Below are positions 9,631-18,645 of a stretch of DNA of 34,407 nt, in pieces. Each line of letters begins with the position of its first letter. The stretch's first letter is position 1. The stretch covers positions 1 through 34,407 of IMG/VR virus record IMGVR_UViG_3300016265_001061. The stretch is one strand, 5' to 3'. A program made the position numbers and the translations under genes. The notes under the pieces were generated by a model. That model had not been told where the DNA came from, searched no databases, and was given only the letters and a program-made list of their open reading frames with translations. The DNA comes from a virus. Its lineage: Duplodnaviria > Caudoviricetes.

Positions 9631-9939
9631 ATGAGCTGGACTGTTCCTGCGGTGTCGGTCGGTGAGACGGTGTTGTACTACTCCCATGAGGGTGCCGAGC
9701 CCAACATGGCGTTCGTCACCAAGGTGGGGAAGGAGACGCTGGAGCTGTGGGCCCTGTCTCCCGGGTATGGCGGGGTGGACAAGCCCAGCGTCCGGCACAA
9801 GGAAGACCCGAAGCTGGCGGACTTCCCGCACTGGGCGGAGTTCGGGGTGTGGGAACACCGGCCTCGCGATCCCCGCATTGCCCAGCTTTCGGAGCGTCTT
9901 TCGGCCCTGGAGAAGGCCGTCCAGGGCAATAGGAAGTAG
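9631..9939 (+). CDS. Hypothetical protein between TerL and portal
   Basis: 102-aa ORF with small beta domain and C-terminal coiled coil. Confidence 0.7.
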   Translation: MSWTVPAVSVGETVLYYSHEGAEPNMAFVTKVGKETLELWALSPGYGGVDKPSVRHKEDPKLADFPHWAEFGVWEHRPRDPRIAQLSERLSALEKAVQGNRK

Positions 9940-9953
9940 CCCAGGACGCCAAC

Positions 9954-12005
9954 ATGGCCGATCAAAACCCACTCCGCCCCATCGTAAAGTCCTGGCTCAG
10001 CAAGCTGGAGCAGGCCATCAAGCACAAGTCCCCGTTCCAACAGGACGCGGACGAGGCGATGCAATTCTACGACGGTGAAAACGCATGGATGTGGCGCAAC
10101 GAATACATGCGTGGCGAGAAGGGGTTTGTAAAGGGCATCGCTGCGCCGGCCTTCCGAATGACTATCAACCGCGTTTGGGAGGCCGTCCGGCTCTTCGGGG
10201 CAGTCATTCACCACCGCAACCCGGTGAGGAATGTCACGCCGCGGCAGTACCCAATCATCAGTCCGCAGATGCTGGGGATCTTCCCGCAGCCGCCGATCCC
10301 ACAGATGGGGCCGGACGGCCAGCCTGTGATCGGTCCCGACGGTCAGCCGGTGATGATGCCGGACCCTGGGCAGCAGTTCTACATGCAGCTCATGCAGCAG
10401 ACGCAGATGGCCTCCGAGAAGCGCGGCGTGATCAGCCGCCTCTTGGAGGACTATCTGAACTACACGCCCAATGAGCTGAACTTGAAGGACCAGTCCCGCA
10501 AGGTGGTGGACGAGGCCCTGATTAAGGGTGCCGGGTGCTGGTTCACGGAACTGTACCAGCCTCCTGGGTCTGAGATGCGGATGGCGGGTTCGTTCTATGA
10601 GTCCTTCGACAATGTGGTCTGGGACCCGGATGCGGACGACCAGAACGACATCCTCTGGCTCGCCCGTCGCCGCACGCACCCGAAGGAGTTCGTAGCCCAG
10701 CGGTTCGGCCTGTCGGTCGAAGACCTGAAGGGGCACTCTGAGAGCTACGCATCCCGCAGCAAGGCGGACGAGCAGGGCTACAAGACCAAGAAGCGGAACG
10801 GCCAGACCAACGACCTGGTCACCTACTGGGAGATCTACTCCAAGACCGGATTCGGTGACCGCCTGAAGGACGCTGACGCCGACCTCCGCGGGAAGTTCGA
10901 CGCCCTGGGCGACTACTGCTACATCGTCGTCTGTGAGGGCGTGGACCACCCGCTGAACATCTCGCCGGAGATGCTTCAGGAGGAGGTCGATGAATCCGGC
11001 CTGCCGCCGAGCCTGTTTGCGGCTGCCCAGTGGCCGATCCCGTTCTGGGCCGAGCCCAACGGCTGGCCGTGTACGATCCTGCAGTGGCACGGCAAACCCG
11101 GTTATTCGTACCCCATTTCGCTCATTAAGCCGGGGATTGGCGAGCTGCGGTTCATCAACTGGGCCGTATCGTTCATGGCGACGAAGATCGCCACCTCGTC
11201 CACCACGCTCATTGGTGTGGCTAAGGCTGCCGACGAGAACCTCAAGGCCAAGATCCTGGACGGCGGCGAGGCCGGGTTCAACGTCGTTGAAATCTCTGAG
11301 GCCATTGGCCGGACGGTCAACGATGTGCTGAGTGTGTTCCAGCTGCCCGGCGTGACGGCCGACATGTGGAACATCATTTCGGCTGTCACGGAGCTGTTCG
11401 ACCGGCGTGTCGGTCTGACTGAGCTGGTCTACGGCATGTCCAGAAACCAGTTCAGGAGTGCTGCAGAGGCGGCCGTGAAGGCCGAGCAGATCAGCGTTCG
11501 CCCAGACGACATGGCCAACACCCTAGAAGACGCCCTGTCTGAGCTGGCCAGGAAAGAGGCCCTGCTGGCACGGTGGCTGATCCAGCCGCAGGACGTTGCC
11601 CCGCTCCTGGGGCCCATGGCAGCGCAAGCGTGGCAGATGCACGTACAGGCCATGAGCCCAGAAGAGGTGCTGCGGGAGTTCGACTTCCGCGTGGAGGCCG
11701 GCTCTGCCAGGAAGCCCAACAAGGGCACCAAGGTGGAGCAGATCAACCAGGCCCTCCAGGTCCTCATGCCGATTGCCCAGGGCCTCATGCAGGCCGGCAA
11801 CCCGCAGGTCCTCAACGCCCTCTTGGAGGACTGGGGCCGGGCGATGGACATCGACGTCCAGCGGTACTTGGTGCCGCCACCGCCTCCGCCGCCGCCAGGG
11901 CCGCCTCCAGGACAACAGCAGTCAGGGCAACCACAGCCTGGCCAGCAGTCGCCTCCCCCAGAGCAGCAAGGACCGCCAAATGAAAATCCCCCTCCAAGTC
12001 AGTGA
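9954..12005 (+). CDS. Portal protein (P22/podovirus-like)
   Basis: 683 aa after TerL; AMQFYDG, DEALIKGAG, VVWDPDA, RSAAEAAV, FDFRVEAGS and P/Q-rich tail. Confidence 0.85.
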   Translation: MADQNPLRPIVKSWLSKLEQAIKHKSPFQQDADEAMQFYDGENAWMWRNEYMRGEKGFVKGIAAPAFRMTINRVWEAVRLFGAVIHHRNPVRNVTPRQYPIISPQMLGIFPQPPIPQMGPDGQPVIGPDGQPVMMPDPGQQFYMQLMQQTQMASEKRGVISRLLEDYLNYTPNELNLKDQSRKVVDEALIKGAGCWFTELYQPPGSEMRMAGSFYESFDNVVWDPDADDQNDILWLARRRTHPKEFVAQRFGLSVEDLKGHSESYASRSKADEQGYKTKKRNGQTNDLVTYWEIYSKTGFGDRLKDADADLRGKFDALGDYCYIVVCEGVDHPLNISPEMLQEEVDESGLPPSLFAAAQWPIPFWAEPNGWPCTILQWHGKPGYSYPISLIKPGIGELRFINWAVSFMATKIATSSTTLIGVAKAADENLKAKILDGGEAGFNVVEISEAIGRTVNDVLSVFQLPGVTADMWNIISAVTELFDRRVGLTELVYGMSRNQFRSAAEAAVKAEQISVRPDDMANTLEDALSELARKEALLARWLIQPQDVAPLLGPMAAQAWQMHVQAMSPEEVLREFDFRVEAGSARKPNKGTKVEQINQALQVLMPIAQGLMQAGNPQVLNALLEDWGRAMDIDVQRYLVPPPPPPPPGPPPGQQQSGQPQPGQQSPPPEQQGPPNENPPPSQ

Positions 12006-12513
12006 AGCCGGCCACGCGGCCGTGGAAACCTACAAGGCCGCCCTGCCCTATGGCGAGCGATGGGCTGAGATGTGCGCCCTGCAGATTGCCCCGGGGACGA
12101 AGGGCACCGACAGGGCGTTTAACCAGGGCCGCCTGAACCAAGAGCAGTTCGATGACATGCCCAAGAAGATGGCCCAGCGCATCATCCGCGAGGCCGCTGC
12201 GGCCGGCATCAACACTAACGGCAAGCAGTACTGTGCCGGCCTGGCCGACAAGCGGGCGTACTGCGACCCGGAGGCCTGGGTGGATTCGACGGCCGATATC
12301 GTCCGCGTCGCCAGGAAGCGGAACCTCACGGTGGAGGGCATTGTCAACCACAAAGGCTCCCCCGTCGCTCCGAAGCGGGCTGTCCTCTCGGAGGGCATTA
12401 TCCAGGAGGAGATGCGGCGTTACCGCCGCCTACATCCTGGCCGCAAGAAGGAAGACCTGCGGCAGATGATCATCGAAAAGCACGCACATCCGCTGAAGAG
12501 GAAGGGCAAATGA
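11980..12513 (+). CDS. Hypothetical basic protein (start revised to ATG 11980)
   Basis: AAGGA upstream of ATG 11980 (MKIPLQV...); the upstream part of track ORF 11773 is a shadow of the portal. Confidence 0.7.
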   Translation: MKIPLQVSEAGHAAVETYKAALPYGERWAEMCALQIAPGTKGTDRAFNQGRLNQEQFDDMPKKMAQRIIREAAAAGINTNGKQYCAGLADKRAYCDPEAWVDSTADIVRVARKRNLTVEGIVNHKGSPVAPKRAVLSEGIIQEEMRRYRRLHPGRKKEDLRQMIIEKHAHPLKRKGK

Positions 12514-12836
12514 TCCAGATCGAACGCAACCAGACGCTGGTCACCATCACGGCCGCCAGCTCTGCGGCCACCACCACGCCCCGCTTCCCGTTTGGCAGGT
12601 TTGCGGGCGGTGGCGTATTCATCGCCAGCACTGGCGGTGCCACGCAGATCAACTGGCATGCCGGGTCTACGGCCGAGGATCTGGTGCGGCCGATCTTTGC
12701 CGACGGCGCGGCGGTGACCACGGCGGTGACTGTTGGCTGCCACCCCGTACCGGACGCCTGCTTCTCGTTCCCGTACGTGGCTCCAGTGCTTGTGGGCGGC
12801 GCTTCTGCTGTGTTGGTCATCAGCCTGAAGGGGTAG
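12510..12836 (+). CDS. Small beta-rich putative virion protein
   Basis: ATGA coupling; A/T/G/V-rich. Confidence 0.6.
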   Translation: MIQIERNQTLVTITAASSAATTTPRFPFGRFAGGGVFIASTGGATQINWHAGSTAEDLVRPIFADGAAVTTAVTVGCHPVPDACFSFPYVAPVLVGGASAVLVISLKG

Positions 12837-12840
12837 TCGC

Positions 12841-12969
12841 ATGCCCATGAACCACCGACTCCTGCGTCCAACGAAGCCATCCGCACCGGCCGCGCCTCGC
12901 ATCACCACTGAATCCGGCGACAAACTGACAACCGAATCGGGCGACAAGATCAGAACGGAGCAGAACTGA
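12841..12969 (+). CDS. 42-aa peptide with tandem TTESGDK repeat (not in ORF track)
   Basis: MPMNHRLLRPTKPSAPAAPRITTESGDKLTTESGDKIRTEQN; TGATG-coupled to next gene. Confidence 0.6.
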   Translation: MPMNHRLLRPTKPSAPAAPRITTESGDKLTTESGDKIRTEQN

Positions 12970-13418
12970 TGGCAGACGTAAAAATCAGCGAACTTTCCGC
13001 CGCGTCAGCGGTGACGCCGGACGACCTGTTTGTCATTGTGGACGACCCGGCCGGGTCGCCAGTGACGAAGAAAGTTCCAGCGCATGTGCTGCGAAACCCG
13101 CATGTCGTCTCCCTCACCTACGCCGCCACGCTCAACACCGACGCCAGTGCGGGCGACGTTTTCGATGTGACGCTCACCGGCAACGTCACGCTCGCCAATC
13201 CGACGAATCCGGTGGACGGCAAAACAATTCGCTGGCGGATTCGGCAGGACGCGACCGGCTCGCGGACGGTGACGCTGGGCAACAAGTTCGTCATCCCGTC
13301 TTCTGCGACCAGCCCGCTGCCGTTCAGCACGGCGGCGAACAAGATGGACATTCTCGCCGCGACCTACCACGCCGGGCGTGATAAGTGGGATGTGGTCGCC
13401 TTTGTGATGGGGTACTAA
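12969..13418 (+). CDS. Putative tail-fibre-associated structural protein
   Basis: N-terminal MADVKISEL...DDLFVIVD and TLTGNVTLANPTN...QDATGSRTVT, patterns common in phage fibre proteins. Confidence 0.6.
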   Translation: MADVKISELSAASAVTPDDLFVIVDDPAGSPVTKKVPAHVLRNPHVVSLTYAATLNTDASAGDVFDVTLTGNVTLANPTNPVDGKTIRWRIRQDATGSRTVTLGNKFVIPSSATSPLPFSTAANKMDILAATYHAGRDKWDVVAFVMGY

Positions 13419-13421
13419 GAC

Positions 13422-14477
13422 ATGGCAACTTTTTACTTCAACGGCGCAGTAGACGGTGATTGGCAGACGCTCGGCAACTGGTGGATGAGTTACGACGCCG
13501 AAACCAACACCCACAGCGTCCCAGCCACAGCGCTGCCGACCAGCACTGATGATATTGAGGTTCGCAGCGCCATCAGCAGCAACAGTGGCAGCGCGCCGAC
13601 TGTGGCTAATGCCACTTTCTTTAGTGGGGCGCTCAATGCGATTACGATCACGGTCACCGGCCTCTGCACTTTCAACGGGGGCGCGTACAACGCTCCCACC
13701 GGCAACATCACTGGAGACTGTATATTCAACAATAGCAGCAACGTAGGCACCATCACCGGAAACTGCACGTTTAACGAATCGAACGCATGGCACCAAAATG
13801 AGAATTGGGACTATCCAGGACTCATCACAGGCAACTGTACGTTCAATTACGGAGCAGGTTGCAGCGCAGACATCATCGGAGACTGCACGTTCAACGATGG
13901 CTCCCGGATCACTGGCTCCGGCCGCATCACAGGCAACTGTACGTTCAACGATAGTTCGCACAACTCATCTTCAATATCGTACTACTACTCCTCAATCACT
14001 GGCAACTGTACGTTCAACGACTATTCGTACAACGAAAGTTCCATCACCGGCCTCTGCACGTTCAACGATAATTCGTCTACCAGCAGCGGCTCCACCATCA
14101 CTGGCAACTGCACGTTCAATGATGACTCAGATGCCTTTCTTAACTCGTACATCTATGGCGACTGCACGTTCAACGGGACGTCGGTAAACAACGGCACTGT
14201 CGATGGCAACGCTACGTTCAACGACGAATCGTACCAAATGGGCCGCGTTAACTGGACTGCTACGTTCAACGATAATTCAAGATTATTTTACAACCCCGGT
14301 GGCGGCGACCCCGGTGTCGGCAGTGTGAGCGCAGCCATTTTTTCCCTGTCGGCCGCCGCGCTCAACCTGAAGGAGGCAATAAACGGCCACCGTCCTGACG
14401 CCTTCAGTTGGCAGGCAACCATAGAGTTCAAATACGACAAAGGCATCAACGGTTCATCTATCTTAGGAGTTGTGTAA
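13422..14477 (+). CDS. Repetitive beta-solenoid protein, putative receptor-binding spike/fibre
   Basis: 12 copies of ITGNCTFND-like motif with variable loops; visibly more AT-rich than flanks. Confidence 0.7.
   Translation: MATFYFNGAVDGDWQTLGNWWMSYDAETNTHSVPATALPTSTDDIEVRSAISSNSGSAPTVANATFFSGALNAITITVTGLCTFNGGAYNAPTGNITGDCIFNNSSNVGTITGNCTFNESNAWHQNENWDYPGLITGNCTFNYGAGCSADIIGDCTFNDGSRITGSGRITGNCTFNDSSHNSSSISYYYSSITGNCTFNDYSYNESSITGLCTFNDNSSTSSGSTITGNCTFNDDSDAFLNSYIYGDCTFNGTSVNNGTVDGNATFNDESYQMGRVNWTATFNDNSRLFYNPGGGDPGVGSVSAAIFSLSAAALNLKEAINGHRPDAFSWQATIEFKYDKGINGSSILGVV
13653..14273 (+). repeat. Coding repeat ATCACNGGCAACTGYACGTTCAAC-like, 12 degenerate copies
   Basis: Period 15-24 codons, always in frame, with synonymous third-position variation. 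Confidence 0.85.
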
Positions 14478-14478
14478 C

Positions 14479-14775
14479 ATGAATCTTCCCGCCCCCGTTA
14501 CCATTCAGCCCCCGACGATCACCCGCGCCAACGGCGAGGTGCGAGTCCAGAAGCCGATCACGCTCTCGGCTCTGGATGTGACGATCATCGACAATGCCAT
14601 GCGGAAGACCTGCGTGGCGCAAGTTCGCCCGTGTCCGTACCCGCTGATGCTGTGGCAGAAAGAAGCCTACGACGCGGCTGGGGACTACACGCAGGCGCAG
14701 GCCGAAGCCCGCGTGCTGGAACTTCTCGGCCCCGACATCAAGGCGGGGCTGGAGAGGTTGTTTGCGCGGCCGTGA
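14479..14775 (+). CDS. Hypothetical protein, possible fibre assembly chaperone
   Basis: AGGAG RBS at 14465-14469; follows the solenoid gene; LWQKEAYDAAGDYTQAQAEARVLELL. Confidence 0.6.
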   Translation: MNLPAPVTIQPPTITRANGEVRVQKPITLSALDVTIIDNAMRKTCVAQVRPCPYPLMLWQKEAYDAAGDYTQAQAEARVLELLGPDIKAGLERLFARP

Positions 14776-14882
14776 ACTGCACGGCCCCGCTACCGCAGGC
14801 GTAGGAAACAGCCCCCGCCGGCCGTTTCCTGGGCAATAGTTCATAGGCCGCCCAGGGCCTAACGCCAGCTGGACCGCAGAAA

Positions 14883-16022
14883 ATGGCCTACTTGACCTAC
14901 TTTGACCTGGTAGAAAGCCTGATTGCGGCCTCCTTCGGTGGCCCCCAGGACGCCGAGCAGCGGGATATCCGCTCCGCCATCCACCGGGCGTACAACGAAC
15001 TGACGACGATCCGCGATTGGGCCTACTACTCCGTTCACGGCCGGATCGTCACCAGCCCGGCCTACACTACCGGCACTATCGGCATCACCTCCGGGGCTGT
15101 GACGCTGTCCGGGGGCTCGTTCGCAACTGCCGGCGTGACGGCAGCCAACGCCCGCTACTGGACGATCCGCACCGGCGACAGGTCCTACCCGCTGGCGTCC
15201 TACTCCAGTGCCACGGCGGTCACGCTGGACTCGCAATTCTCCGGCATCGACGTTTCTGCCGGTGCGTCTTACACGCTGTTCCGCACGGTCTATCCGCTGC
15301 CGGATGACTTCCGGAACATGGACGAGCCCAGCGACGAGTTCAACTGGTGGTCCGGCCTGTACGTGACCCCGGATGAGGCGATGAAGATCGAACGGGTGAG
15401 TAACTCGTCTGGCGAGCCATACCACTGGACTCTCATCAAAGACCCTGCCGGCAGCGGCTGGGCGATCAAGCTGGTGGGCTGGCCAACTGCCCAGGAAACC
15501 ATCGACTTTACCTACCGACGCACGGCCCGACCGATCCGCTATTCCGGGCATGAGGCTGCACTGCGTCAGGGAACCATCGCCCGCAGTGGAACCTCAGTGA
15601 CTGGTACGGGCACGGCGTTTTCGGGCGCCATGGTTGGCTCCATCCTCCGCGTGGGCGACACCGCCAATATCCCAGGCCCCATCGAATCGCTGACGCCGTG
15701 GGTGTCGGAGTCGAAGATCACCAGCCGCTCGTCTGCCACGGCCTTAGAGACAGAGGACAGCGGAACGATTGCCGGCTCTACCAAGTACCTGATCACCGAC
15801 CCTATCGACATCGCCCCGCACATGCAGGCGGCGATGGAGTCCTACTGCGACTACTGGCTGGCCCGCATCCGCAATCAAAGCCCAGACAAGGCGTTCCAGA
15901 TGGCCCAGCGGGACCTTCGGCTGGCGTTTGAGCAGGACCAGCTCGCGCCGCTCTCTGGTCGCAGCAACCGGGTCTACCATGACGGAGGCTGGCGCAGCCC
16001 GCTCTTGCCAGATCAGGGATGA
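14883..16022 (+). CDS. Putative head-tail adaptor (tail tubular protein A-like) with inserted beta domains
   Basis: Helical N-terminus IRSAIHRAYNEL...DWAY, YPLPDDF, IDFTYRR; two similar inserted GT(I/V)..SGT.VTG segments; position before the nozzle. Confidence 0.6.
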   Translation: MAYLTYFDLVESLIAASFGGPQDAEQRDIRSAIHRAYNELTTIRDWAYYSVHGRIVTSPAYTTGTIGITSGAVTLSGGSFATAGVTAANARYWTIRTGDRSYPLASYSSATAVTLDSQFSGIDVSAGASYTLFRTVYPLPDDFRNMDEPSDEFNWWSGLYVTPDEAMKIERVSNSSGEPYHWTLIKDPAGSGWAIKLVGWPTAQETIDFTYRRTARPIRYSGHEAALRQGTIARSGTSVTGTGTAFSGAMVGSILRVGDTANIPGPIESLTPWVSESKITSRSSATALETEDSGTIAGSTKYLITDPIDIAPHMQAAMESYCDYWLARIRNQSPDKAFQMAQRDLRLAFEQDQLAPLSGRSNRVYHDGGWRSPLLPDQG

Positions 16023-16261
16023 TCAACATCGAAAAGTGGAGCGGCCTGATCACGGCCGCCTCTCCGTACGCCCTCCCTGGCGGGGCGATGGCCGAGCAGG
16101 TCAATCTGCAATGCCTGCGTCCTGGTCAGATCGAAGGCCGCAATGGGTATATCACAGCAGCCGTCTCACCGCCGGTTGTGTCTGCAGTGCGGTACAGCAG
16201 CGGCACGCAGGACAGGTTGTTCGTTATGGCTGGCGGTGCCTTCTATATCTTCACGCCCTAA
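16019..16261 (+). CDS. 80-aa protein resembling the N-terminus of podovirus nozzle/stabilisation proteins
   Basis: WSGLITAASPYALPGGAMAEQVNL...GQIEGRNGY; ATGA- and TAATG-coupled on either side. Confidence 0.6.
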   Translation: MINIEKWSGLITAASPYALPGGAMAEQVNLQCLRPGQIEGRNGYITAAVSPPVVSAVRYSSGTQDRLFVMAGGAFYIFTP

Positions 16262-18645
16262 TGCCAAGCCTCACACAGGTCTCATACGCAGCCACCTGCA
16301 ACGCCACGCGGCCACTGAGCATCCTCCCGACGTCCAGCGGGAGGGTCTACGCCGTCAACGGCGTGCAGCGCGGCTTCGCGTATGTCGCGTCTACTGCCGG
16401 CGGAACTGTGTACCCGATTGGCCTTACGGCTGCGCCTGCCGTAACAGCCGCGACGTCAGCCTCTCCTCTGTACTATTACGTTTCATCTGTTGAAGTCACT
16501 AATGGCGGGCAGAACTACTTCGCCCCGCCGACCGTCACAGTCGGTGGCGTGACTGGCGCTAAGGCGGAGCTGATTGGCGGCGAGGTCGGTCGCGTCACGG
16601 TGCTGTCGTCCGCAACGACGCACACCACGCCTCCGCAGGTTGTTTTTTCGGGCGGGCAGGCGAGCGGCGCGGCGGCCACCGCGATCATGGAGGCTACGGC
16701 CACTGGCGTGCAGATTGGGTACAGCTACGCCATGTACTCAGAGCCGCCAGCGGTGACGTTCTTTCCTGCGAGCGGCGTTACGGAAAACCGCGCCGCTAAG
16801 GGGTATGGCGTTATTAACGTAGCCGCCGGAGCGACATCTGGACCACTGTCTGGAATTGTGATCACGGATGGCGGCGAGTACCAGTACACAAGCGCCCTGG
16901 CTGCGCGTGCCAGGCCAGTCGGCGTTACTGTTTCATCTCCGCTTTTTGGCGCCGCGCCAGGCATTGTAGTCCAATCTGTGGCCGTCGTTGACTCCGTGAC
17001 TGTCGGCAGCGCCGGCAGCAACTACGCGACCCCGCCGGAGGTGCGGTTCCTCACTCGCGGCCTGCGTCGCGCCGGTGGCGGTGCGGCTGCCGTGGCTGCT
17101 GTGTCATCTGGCGGCGTGACATCGGTGACGATGACGAACTTCGGCAGCGGGTACGACGGCAGCGTGCGCGTGGAGTTTGAGAACACGCCTGCGACGGCCG
17201 CGGCGGTCATGTCGCCGCGGCTTGCCGGGCGGTATCTGTGCGGCGTGCGGTACATCGACGCATTCGGGCAGCCAGGCGACCTGTGCCCGCTGTTTACGGT
17301 GAACTGCGGCGACGGCGCCAGCACCATTCAGTGGAATCTGTCTTCGCTGACGTTCGCGGACGGGAGCCCAAACCGCGTAGCCAAGGCGGAGCTGTGGCGG
17401 ACTAGCGCCGACCAGGCGATTACGCTCTACCGCGTCGCTGAGGTGTCTCCGGGAACTACTGCGTTTTCCGATTCGATGCCGGACGCAACGCTCACCGACA
17501 CGGCGCGGGTCGGGTACGCCGAGCTGCCGATCATCACGGCCGATGGGTATCCGAATGCCTATCGGTTTGGCGTGCCGCCGAGCGTCATGTCCTCAGTCTG
17601 CATGTTTGCTGACCGCGCCTGGTACGCGGTCGATGAGTCTGGGGCGGAGCCGAATGCGCTGTACTTCTCTGAGGCTGGCGAGCCCGAGAGCGTTCCGGCG
17701 ACAAACCAGGTTGTCATCCAGTCCGTCGGGCGTGAATCCGACAGGATCACTGGGATGTTCCCGATGGACGGCTCGCTGTACGTCTGTCAGCAGCGTTCAA
17801 TCACGCGGCTGACGGTGACGGGCAACCCTCTGGAGAATGCCTCTGCCCAGCAGGTTGCTCAGCGTGGCCTGCTGAACGACCGCTGCTGGGTGCTGCATGA
17901 GGGGGCAGTGTACGCGGTGGATTCTACGGGGATGTACGCCTTTGACGGGTCTGGAACAAAGTCGCTCTCCGACCCGGTGAAGGAGTTCTGGACAGACCCG
18001 CGTATGGACTTCACGCAGTTCGGGGCCTTCTTCGTCAGTTTGGACTCCGACCAGCAAGTTGTGCGGCTGCACTACCCCGTGACCACAGGTTATTCAGTAG
18101 AACGCGCGCTGTGCTACAGCCTGGTCACACAGGCCTGGTGGGAGGAGCGGTACGCGAATCACATGGGCTGCGTGGCAACCGCATACAAGAACGGACGCCC
18201 GGAGAATTACGCCGGAGGGTCCTCGGGAATCCTTCAGCTGAATACCGGAGCCGCTGACAACGCAACCAGCATTTCGTACTCGCTCAAGACTGGCAACTTC
18301 CCGCTAAACAATGACCCAAAGCGGGGGCTTCGCCTTGTGTACACGCCGACTAGCACTAGCCACTGGCTGCAGGCGTCGGTCTACTACAACGGATCGACTG
18401 CTGCCCAGCCGTTTGCCGTGGCCACAGACCTCGGAACTGGGTTCGTCACCACATCTGGAAGCACGTTGGCGCAGCTGAATCTGTCTCGCAACACTAGCGG
18501 ATTCGCGCAGCTTTCGCTGGCTGGCAGGCTGGACGACAGGTCCTCCGGGACGCAGCGGCACATCGCCATCGGGCTGTCCGGCGCGCACTCATACCTCGTT
18601 CAGAAGCCCGTCATTCACACGCTCCAGGTAGAGGGTGCTGGGTGA
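16261..18645 (+). CDS. Tail nozzle (tubular protein B / P22 gp10-like beta-propeller); start revised to 16261
   Basis: FADRAWY...ALYFSEAGEPES...ITGMFPMDGSLYVCQQRSI...GMYAFDGSG...LCYSLVTQAWW blade pattern; internal VTNGGxNY..PPTV repeats. Confidence 0.7.
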   Translation: MPSLTQVSYAATCNATRPLSILPTSSGRVYAVNGVQRGFAYVASTAGGTVYPIGLTAAPAVTAATSASPLYYYVSSVEVTNGGQNYFAPPTVTVGGVTGAKAELIGGEVGRVTVLSSATTHTTPPQVVFSGGQASGAAATAIMEATATGVQIGYSYAMYSEPPAVTFFPASGVTENRAAKGYGVINVAAGATSGPLSGIVITDGGEYQYTSALAARARPVGVTVSSPLFGAAPGIVVQSVAVVDSVTVGSAGSNYATPPEVRFLTRGLRRAGGGAAAVAAVSSGGVTSVTMTNFGSGYDGSVRVEFENTPATAAAVMSPRLAGRYLCGVRYIDAFGQPGDLCPLFTVNCGDGASTIQWNLSSLTFADGSPNRVAKAELWRTSADQAITLYRVAEVSPGTTAFSDSMPDATLTDTARVGYAELPIITADGYPNAYRFGVPPSVMSSVCMFADRAWYAVDESGAEPNALYFSEAGEPESVPATNQVVIQSVGRESDRITGMFPMDGSLYVCQQRSITRLTVTGNPLENASAQQVAQRGLLNDRCWVLHEGAVYAVDSTGMYAFDGSGTKSLSDPVKEFWTDPRMDFTQFGAFFVSLDSDQQVVRLHYPVTTGYSVERALCYSLVTQAWWEERYANHMGCVATAYKNGRPENYAGGSSGILQLNTGAADNATSISYSLKTGNFPLNNDPKRGLRLVYTPTSTSHWLQASVYYNGSTAAQPFAVATDLGTGFVTTSGSTLAQLNLSRNTSGFAQLSLAGRLDDRSSGTQRHIAIGLSGAHSYLVQKPVIHTLQVEGAG

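Noticed and set aside
9678-11090. 470-aa minus-strand ORF
   Set aside because: Antisense to the portal; explained by codon bias
13653-14273. CRISPR-like repeat/spacer appearance
   Set aside because: Units are multiples of 3, vary at synonymous positions and lie within an open ORF; no cas genes or leader
13422-14477. DGR variable or template region (many AAC codons)
   Set aside because: No reverse transcriptase and no second copy differing only at adenines was seen in the window
15928-16260. N-terminal extension of the nozzle ORF in the track
   Set aside because: Not protein-like and overlaps two better genes; ATG 16261 is coupled to the upstream stop
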